A stretch of DNA of 43,787 nt from Acidobacteriota bacterium (GTDB taxonomy: Bacteria > Acidobacteriota > Blastocatellia > Pyrinomonadales > Pyrinomonadaceae), in assembly GCA_013813755.1 (NCBI GenBank), contig JACCRD010000002.1, positions 1 to 43,787 on the forward strand, in the 5' to 3' direction. Below the pieces are notes generated by a model that was not told where the DNA came from, did no database searches, and saw nothing but the letters and a program-made list of their open reading frames with translations. Below, one piece after another: positions 1-5,875 of the stretch (position 1 is the stretch's first letter; every line of letters starts with the position of its first letter). The translations under genes were made by a program, and so were the position numbers.

Positions 1-2
1 TT

Positions 3-38
3 CTTATGTTTGATGTCGAGCTTATGTTTGATGTCGAG
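3..38. repeat. Perfect 18-bp tandem duplication (cttatgtttgatgtcgag x2) at the window edge
   Basis: Bases 3-20 and 21-38 are identical when read directly. The context is an ambiguous, possibly frameshifted 3' gene end. Confidence 0.9.
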
Positions 39-288
39 AGCACCTTAATCAGGAAAAGACTCCCGAAAATTCATTCCCGGTTACGACAGGCTCTATTCGC
101 TCGCCGAAGTTTTGCTGGCGGAGAATTTACCCGATAAAGCGGGTGAATTTCGGCGATATCAAATGTTTCTTCCAAGGCTTGTGGTTTAGAGGTTGGTTGA
201 TGTCGCAGCTGTAAATCAAAGTGAATTTTCAATATCTTAAAAAAAACATTTCAAACAGCCCGCAACAAAACAATCTAAAAAAGTAAGG

Positions 289-325
289 ATGTTAAGAAAC
301 CTTAATTTTTTCTGACACTTAACAT
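289..325 (+). promoter_or_regulatory. Dyad ATGTTAAG-N21-CTTAACAT, a candidate enhancer (bEBP) site upstream of the sigma-54 promoter
   Basis: The 8-bp arms at 289-296 and 318-325 are exact reverse complements. The centre lies about 90 nt upstream of the predicted start of the 372-387 promoter, the usual range for sigma-54 activator sites. Confidence 0.3.
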
Positions 326-371
326 TACCATTTTGCTGCTTCTTACAATCTTTACAAAATCTCGCCAAAAG

Positions 372-387
372 TGGCACGTCTCTTGCT
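372..387 (+). promoter_or_regulatory. Sigma-54 (RpoN) -24/-12 promoter
   Basis: TGGCACG-tctc-TTGCT matches the consensus TGGCACG-N4-TTGCW at every specified position. It lies about 100 nt upstream of ATG 491. Confidence 0.65.
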
Positions 388-490
388 AATAACCAGTATG
401 CACATCGAAAATTGTATCGTTTGTGTAATAAATGCGCACACTCTCTCTCCTAAACAAACCGCGCATAATAAAAACACTTCAAGGAGAATT

Positions 491-859
491 ATGAGAAATT
501 TATTTAAATTAGGAATTATCGCTTTCGCATTCGGATTATTTTTTATCGGTGCGGATACAGTGAACGGACAGAGCCGTGAAAATCGCAGAGAAGCGCGGCG
601 TGAGTATAGAGATGAAGTTCGTGATGCGCGTCAGGATCGCCGGAGAGACATCAGAAACGGAACGAGCCGTCGTGAAGCAAATCGCGAATTCCGGGATGAG
701 AGACGTGATGCAAGACGCGAGTATCGCAGTGAAACGGGTCGCCGTGTCAATCGCGGTTATAACGTGAGCAAAAGCCGCCGTGCTTACCCACAACAGCAAC
801 AGCAGCAAAGATACCGTGTTTATTACCGCAACGGTCGCCGTTACGTAGTCAGATACTAA
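491..859 (+). CDS. Small secreted Arg-rich repeat protein (122 aa), unknown family
   Basis: AAGGAG at 481-486 precedes ATG 491. The signal peptide is MRNLFKLGIIAFAFGLFFIGADTVNG. I count 32 Arg in the 96-aa mature part, which also has the repeats RREARREYRDEVRDAR / RREANREFRDERRDARREYR, a Q6 run and a Tyr/Arg C-terminus. A strong terminator follows. The track's GTG 371 start overlaps the promoter and is rejected. Confidence 0.75.
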   Translation: MRNLFKLGIIAFAFGLFFIGADTVNGQSRENRREARREYRDEVRDARQDRRRDIRNGTSRREANREFRDERRDARREYRSETGRRVNRGYNVSKSRRAYPQQQQQQRYRVYYRNGRRYVVRY

Positions 860-876
860 TTTCTTAATAAAAACTT

Positions 877-910
877 AAAAAGCCGCGTCTATTACGCGGC
901 TTTTTGTTTT
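877..910 (+). terminator. Rho-independent terminator
   Basis: Stem agccgcgt (881-888) pairs with acgcggct (894-901) around the loop ctatt. It is flanked by AAAA upstream and TTTTTGTTTT downstream. Confidence 0.8.
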
Positions 911-1143
911 AAATTAAAAACATTTCGATTAGGATTTATTCGAGAGAACACAGGCAAAAAATTTAACTCAAAAAAATATATCGAATCGACAAACAGCTTG
1001 CGATAAAATTTTTCTTGAACTCAAAGGGCTTATTTTTATAAATTTTAGTTTTACCCTTTAGACTGAAATTTACCAAAACTGTTAAGCTTTTAATTCCTGA
1101 AACGAGTTTTTAAACACATTCTCAATTAGACGGAGTTTTTAAA

Positions 1144-2082
1144 ATGTCTCTGATTAATATCGATAATTTTAATGCGTCGGACGAGCGCAGAAATTCAGTT
1201 GACATCGACCGCGGAAGAGAATATTGCCGGCAGCTTGAGCAGGGAAAGATTTTTTATTTTGATCACATTCCGTTTAACTTTCCTAAGGAATATCTGACGT
1301 TCCTTTTGTCTCGTCGGCAGCAAAATACCCGCTTTCACAAAAATATCTCATTTCGTCCGCAGACTAATCTGTTGCGCGGCTTTCCCGCCTCAGAAAAAAA
1401 AGATTTTGCTCGCCTTCAGGAAATTATGCAGTTTTATTCAGGGCAAGTAACAAAATTTCTCGCCGCATTTCTGCCGCCGTACGCGGAAAAACGGTTGCTC
1501 GATTACGCAAGTTTTCGCACGATTGAAGAAAACGGGCGTGATTTACCGCTTCACAAACGCAACGAACTTCTGCACGTCGACGCTTTTCCGAACCGTCCGA
1601 CGCGGGGCGGAAGAATCCTTCGGGTTTTTACAAATATTAATCCGACGAAGGAGCGCGTCTGGCAAATCGGCGAAAGTTTTGAACGTCTGGCAGAAAAATA
1701 TGCTTCCGATGCGGGCTTAAATCGAATTGCCGTTCAAAGCGCGTCAACATCCGGCAAAATTGTGCGGCACACTTCGCGATTTCTGAAAAAAATCGGATTG
1801 CCCGTTGCTGATCGTTCCGCTTATGACCATTTTATGCTGCGCTTTCACGATTATTTGAAGGAAAACACCAATTACCAAAAGAATGGAGACAAAACGCGCC
1901 TCGAGTTTCCGCCGAATTCAACGTGGCTGGTTTTTACGGATGGCGTTCCGCATTCGGTTTTGTCCGGGCAGTTCGCGCTTGAGCAAACATTTATCATTCC
2001 GTTTGAAGCGCTTGTTTCCCCCGAAGATTCACCCGCCCGCGTCCTTGAGAAAATGTGCCGGAAATCTTTGATTGCGGTTTAA
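1144..2082 (+). CDS. Kdo hydroxylase (KdoO / PF11004)-like Fe(II)/2-oxoglutarate dioxygenase
   Basis: GGAG lies 8 nt before the ATG. The 312-aa product carries LHVDAFPNRPTRGGRILRVFTNINP (an HxD facial-triad motif) and a distal His in DGVPHSV, which I recall as typical of the KdoO family. Confidence 0.55.
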   Translation: MSLINIDNFNASDERRNSVDIDRGREYCRQLEQGKIFYFDHIPFNFPKEYLTFLLSRRQQNTRFHKNISFRPQTNLLRGFPASEKKDFARLQEIMQFYSGQVTKFLAAFLPPYAEKRLLDYASFRTIEENGRDLPLHKRNELLHVDAFPNRPTRGGRILRVFTNINPTKERVWQIGESFERLAEKYASDAGLNRIAVQSASTSGKIVRHTSRFLKKIGLPVADRSAYDHFMLRFHDYLKENTNYQKNGDKTRLEFPPNSTWLVFTDGVPHSVLSGQFALEQTFIIPFEALVSPEDSPARVLEKMCRKSLIAV

Positions 2083-2090
2083 ATTAAAAC

Positions 2091-2143
2091 GGAACGCGAA
2101 CTTTAGTTCGCATTAGTCATAAACGAACTAAAGTTCGCGTTCC
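2091..2143. other. Perfect 20-bp inverted repeat (hairpin, 13-nt loop) between the KdoO-like gene and trmFO
   Basis: ggaacgcgaactttagttcg (2091-2110) is the exact reverse complement of cgaactaaagttcgcgttcc (2124-2143). On the plus strand it is followed by an A-tract, not a U-tract, and the trmFO ATG starts 12 nt after the stem. Confidence 0.9.
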
Positions 2144-2154
2144 ATAAAAAAAAT

Positions 2155-3498
2155 ATGAAAAATGTAAATGTTATTGGAGGCGGTTTCGCCGGTGTTGAAG
2201 CGGCGTGGCAGGCGGCGGAAAGCGGCGCGCACGTCAGATTATTTGAAATGCGACCCGTCCAAACGACGCCCGCGCACCGCACAGAAAAATTGGCGGAAAT
2301 TGTCTGTTCAAATTCTCTGAAAACCGATGAAGTCGGAACCGCGCCGTATCTTTTGAAAGAAGAATTGCGGCGCGGAGGCTCGATTGTGATGGAAGCGGCG
2401 GAGGCAACCAAAGTTCCGGCTGGCGCAGCGCTCGCGGTTGATCGCGGCAAATTTGCCGAATATGTGACTAAAAAAATTGAAAATCACCCGAATATCGAAT
2501 TGATTCGTGAAGAAATCAAAACAATCGCGCCCGAAGAAATTACGATTATCGCTACCGGTCCGCTCACTTCCGACGCGCTGACGCTTGAAATTATGAAACT
2601 GACGGGCGACGACCAGCTTTATTTTTATGACGCAATCGCGCCGATTGTCGCGGCGGACTCGATTGATATGAGCATTGCTTTTAAGGCTGCGCGTTACGGA
2701 AAAGGCGGCGACGATTATATAAATTGTCCGTTTAACCCGGAGCAATACGCCGCTTTTTACGCCGCCCTGATCGAAGCGAAATCGGTTCCGCTCAAGCGTT
2801 TTGAAGATACGAAATGGTTTGAATCGTGTCTGCCGATTGAAGAACTCGCACGGCGCGGCGTCGATACACTGCGTTTCGGCTGTATGAAGCCGAAAGGTTT
2901 ATACGAGCCGCAGACTGAGCGCGAGCCTTATGCGGCGGTTCAGCTTCGGCAGGAAAATTTGATGGCGGATGCCTATTCGCTCGTCGGTTTTCAGAATCAT
3001 CTTCGTTACGCGGAGCAGGCGACAGTTTTGCGCCTCGTTCCCGGACTCGAAAACGCCGAGTTTCTGCAGTATGGACAAATTCACCGCAATACTTTTATCA
3101 ATTCGCCAAAAGTATTAAACCAGACTTTGCAGACTTTGAAAAATCCAAATTTGTTTTTTGCCGGGCAAATTACGGGCGTCGAAGGTTATGTCGAATCGGT
3201 CGGCACGGGCTGGCTCGCCGGTTTGAACGCGGCGCGTCTCTCACGCAATGAGGATTTGATCGACGCGCCGCCGACGAGCGCGATTGGAGCGCTTTGCAGA
3301 TATGTTTCAAATGTCGAGACGAAAAACTTTCAGCCCGTCAATATTACGTTTGGCTTGCTCGCCGAACCGCCGCTCGAAATTCGCAAAAAATATCGCAACA
3401 AACGCGAACGCCACACGGTGCAGGTAGAGCTGGCGCTTACCGATTGGAACGAGTGGCTTGATCAAACAGAGCCGAAAATTTTCGCTTCCATCGCTTAA
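2155..3498 (+). CDS. trmFO: Methylenetetrahydrofolate--tRNA-(uracil54-C5)-methyltransferase TrmFO (Gid)
   Basis: 447 aa with an N-terminal FAD fold (VIGGGFAGVEAAWQAA) and GidA-like motifs throughout. Length and layout are typical of TrmFO. Confidence 0.9.
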   Translation: MKNVNVIGGGFAGVEAAWQAAESGAHVRLFEMRPVQTTPAHRTEKLAEIVCSNSLKTDEVGTAPYLLKEELRRGGSIVMEAAEATKVPAGAALAVDRGKFAEYVTKKIENHPNIELIREEIKTIAPEEITIIATGPLTSDALTLEIMKLTGDDQLYFYDAIAPIVAADSIDMSIAFKAARYGKGGDDYINCPFNPEQYAAFYAALIEAKSVPLKRFEDTKWFESCLPIEELARRGVDTLRFGCMKPKGLYEPQTEREPYAAVQLRQENLMADAYSLVGFQNHLRYAEQATVLRLVPGLENAEFLQYGQIHRNTFINSPKVLNQTLQTLKNPNLFFAGQITGVEGYVESVGTGWLAGLNAARLSRNEDLIDAPPTSAIGALCRYVSNVETKNFQPVNITFGLLAEPPLEIRKKYRNKRERHTVQVELALTDWNEWLDQTEPKIFASIA

Positions 3499-3504
3499 AA
3501 ATCT

Positions 3505-4068
3505 ATGTCAACTATTGTCGTCGTGAAAAAAAATTCGGAAACAGTCATTGGTGCCGATACCCTGACTACTTACGGAAACACCAAAGAATCAGCTGAATAC
3601 GTTGTTAATCACGAAAAACTTTTCAAATTTCAGGACAATTTTCTGGGCATTTCCGGCTCGGCAAGTTTGGGAATCGCGGTTGAAGATTTTTTATCGAAAA
3701 GCAGCAAAAAAATATCTTTTGAAAGCGTTGCGAAAATTTTTCGATTCGGACTCGTTCTGCACAAAGAATTAAAGGAAAACTATTTTCTGCGCCCTGATGA
3801 CGAAGAAGATTTTGAAACCTTCAGAGGTGACATTTTAATCGCTAACCAGAAAGGAATATTCGGTTTAAGCGCGTATCGCTACGTTCAGGAATACACTCGA
3901 TTTTACGCGAGCGGAAGCGGCAGCCAATACGCGATTGGAGCGATGTTCGCCGTTTACAATTCGGGTAAAACGGCTGAGGAAATTGCGAAACTTGGAGTGC
4001 AAGCCGGAGTTGAATTTGACGACGGTTCTGGTTTGCCGATTACTCTGCACAAAATCAATATAAAATGA
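3505..4068 (+). CDS. HslV-like Ntn-hydrolase (proteasome beta / peptidase T1B-like), with no HslU partner
   Basis: MSTIVVVKKNSETVIGADTLTTYGNT aligns with E. coli HslV [26 protein letters not shown], with Ser in place of the Thr1 nucleophile. LGISGSA corresponds to AGFAGGT and ASGSGSQYAIGA to AIGSGGPYAQAA. The gene starts 6 nt after the trmFO stop. Confidence 0.6.
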   Translation: MSTIVVVKKNSETVIGADTLTTYGNTKESAEYVVNHEKLFKFQDNFLGISGSASLGIAVEDFLSKSSKKISFESVAKIFRFGLVLHKELKENYFLRPDDEEDFETFRGDILIANQKGIFGLSAYRYVQEYTRFYASGSGSQYAIGAMFAVYNSGKTAEEIAKLGVQAGVEFDDGSGLPITLHKINIK

Positions 4069-4799
4069 TTGAATCGACAGCGATTTTTATAATTTTAGCG
4101 ATTTTCGTTGTCGCCATTCTCTACTCATCCGTCGGACACGGCGGTGCGTCCGGTTATCTAGCGGTGATGGCTTTTTTTTCGGTGGCGCCGAACGTGACGC
4201 GCCCGACCGCTCTGCTTCTCAATGTTTTTGTCGCTTCAATCGCTTTTTTTCAGTTTTATCGCGCAAAGCATTTTGAATGGAAAATCTTTTTGCCGTTCGC
4301 TGCAACTTCAATTCCGTTTGCCTTTGTCGGCGGGATGATAACTTTGCCGACACCTATTTATAAATTTTTTCTCGGCGCGGTTTTGATATTTGCCGCCGTT
4401 CGGCTCGCCTGGAATTTTACGTCCGCAAAAGAGACTGTCATGCCGAAAATTTGGATCGCCTTGATCATCGGCGCGGTGATCGGTCTTTTGTCGGGACTGG
4501 TCGGCGTCGGCGGCGGAATTTTTCTGACACCGATTCTGCTGCTTCTCAACTGGACAGAGACGAAAAAGGCGGCGGGCGTTTCCGCTCTGTTTATTCTTGT
4601 CAATTCGATTTCCGGGCTGCTCGGAAATTATAAACAAGTCTTTGAGCTTTCAACCGATGTCTGGATTTGGATCGTCGCGGCGGTGGTTGGCGGCGTTATC
4701 GGCGCGACTCTCGGAAGCCTGTATTTTGATTCGCTGACTCTGCGGCGCGTTTTGGCGTTTGTTCTTTTAATGGCGGGTGCAAAACTAATTTTTACTTGA
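4065..4799 (+). CDS. TauE/SafE (DUF81) family anion-exporter-like membrane protein
   Basis: 244 aa and polytopic, with Gly-rich TM motifs (GHGGASGYL, VGVGGGIFLTPILLL). Its ATG overlaps the upstream stop as ATGA at 4065-4068. Confidence 0.75.
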   Translation: MIESTAIFIILAIFVVAILYSSVGHGGASGYLAVMAFFSVAPNVTRPTALLLNVFVASIAFFQFYRAKHFEWKIFLPFAATSIPFAFVGGMITLPTPIYKFFLGAVLIFAAVRLAWNFTSAKETVMPKIWIALIIGAVIGLLSGLVGVGGGIFLTPILLLLNWTETKKAAGVSALFILVNSISGLLGNYKQVFELSTDVWIWIVAAVVGGVIGATLGSLYFDSLTLRRVLAFVLLMAGAKLIFT

Positions 4800-4893
4800 A
4801 ACAAAAATAAAAAAGCCTGAGCTTTCAACTCAGACTTTTCTAGTAAAATAATCAGTCGCAGCTAACATAAAATCGCGTCGTCCGCATTGTTAT

Positions 4894-5469
4894 TTAGAAA
4901 GGAAGTGGAAACGGAATGCTGTTGCGCCAGTTTCCGTTATTTGTATTGCGATTGCGATTGTTGTTGCGATTATTACCGCGATTATTGCGGTTGTTGTTGA
5001 AGTTATACGCGCTTGCTAAAACCTGCAAATCCTGACGAATTCTGTTCCAGTCGTTCTGGACATTATTGTTCAGACGGGCGCGGGAAATCTGTCGATCGAT
5101 TTGCGAACCGAGAGTCAAAACGCGCTGCGCTTCATCCTGGCTGCTATTGTAGTCACGGCGATTGTCATATTGGTTATCGAGGTTTTCCGCCGCATTCGCA
5201 AAATCCTGAGCTAATTGATTAAGACGATCTTCACGTCTTCGTTCATCATATCGGCTGTTATCAAGCTCGCGGTCAATTCGACGCTCAAATTGATTGCTGC
5301 GGTTTTTCAAATTTTTAATAGTTGACTGCAAATTGCGGTTGTAATTACCGCCATTTCGGTTGTAGTCATCATTACGATTATTGCCCCACTGCGCCGAAGC
5401 GATTGCAGGCAAGCCTAAGATTAGGAGAGAAAAAGCAAAAACTGCAACTAAATTTCTAAAACGGTTCAT
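4894..5469 (-). CDS. Secreted Asn/Arg/Asp-rich protein (191 aa), unknown family
   Basis: AAGGAG (5482-5477 on the minus strand) lies 7 nt before ATG 5469. The signal peptide is MNRFRNLVAVFAFSLLILGLPAIASA. About a quarter of the mature part is Asn, with a predicted helical core between N-rich tails (NNNRNNRGNNRNNNRNRNTNNGN). The longer track ORF (to 5595) is rejected. Confidence 0.75.
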   Translation of the reverse strand: MNRFRNLVAVFAFSLLILGLPAIASAQWGNNRNDDYNRNGGNYNRNLQSTIKNLKNRSNQFERRIDRELDNSRYDERRREDRLNQLAQDFANAAENLDNQYDNRRDYNSSQDEAQRVLTLGSQIDRQISRARLNNNVQNDWNRIRQDLQVLASAYNFNNNRNNRGNNRNNNRNRNTNNGNWRNSIPFPLPF

Positions 5470-5551
5470 AATAATTCTCCTTAGACAAAAACTTTTGTCA
5501 CAACGCATATTTTCTTTTGCCTCGCGGCGCGTTATGTTCGACTTTTGAATA

Positions 5552-5567
5552 GGCAAAGTTCGTGCCA
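5552..5567 (-). promoter_or_regulatory. Sigma-54 (RpoN) -24/-12 promoter
   Basis: The minus strand reads TGGCACG-aact-TTGCC. This matches the consensus except the final W. It lies about 80 nt upstream of ATG 5469. Confidence 0.6.
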
Positions 5568-5594
5568 TTTGATTTGAGGATTTTTTGAAAAACA

Positions 5595-5620
5595 AAAAGC
5601 CCTGCAGAAAAAGGGCTTTT
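5595..5620 (-). terminator. Terminator-like hairpin in a divergent intergenic region (no gene to terminate)
   Basis: aaaagccct (5595-5603) pairs with agggctttt (5612-5620) around an 8-nt loop. On the minus strand TGTTTTTC follows. It sits 28 nt upstream of the sigma-54 -24 element. Confidence 0.4.
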
Positions 5621-5875
5621 ACAGATTTAAATTGATTTTGAATTCTTGCAAAACGAAGATGCGACTTGCAGAATGTTCCAAATGGTTGAGAACTTAACGC
5701 AGATTGTTGAAAGAAAACCTGTCAGGAGAAAATTGCCCTCGGTGTTGAATGTCGCCGAAATTTATTATCGTATAAATTTATAGTCAGATACTTTATGCAA
5801 CAAAATCCAAACATCGCCCGTAAAAATGTCAATCGTTTGGGCTTCAATTCGTTACGCTCGGAAAACAATTCAAAT

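Noticed and set aside
371-490. N-terminal extension of the Arg-rich ORF from GTG 371, as listed in the ORF track (162 aa)
   Set aside because: The GTG is part of the TGGCACG sigma-54 -24 element. The extension has no signal peptide or SD, whereas ATG 491 has AAGGAG 4 nt upstream and starts a canonical signal peptide.
1015-1042. Sigma-70-like promoter TTGAAC-N16-TATAAA upstream of the KdoO-like gene
   Set aside because: It is plausible, but in such AT-rich spacer sequence matches of this quality are expected by chance. It is not reported as a feature.
5470-5595. Upstream extension of the Asn-rich ORF (233-aa version)
   Set aside because: The extension would run across the predicted sigma-54 promoter. 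ATG 5469 has a good AAGGAG and begins the signal peptide.
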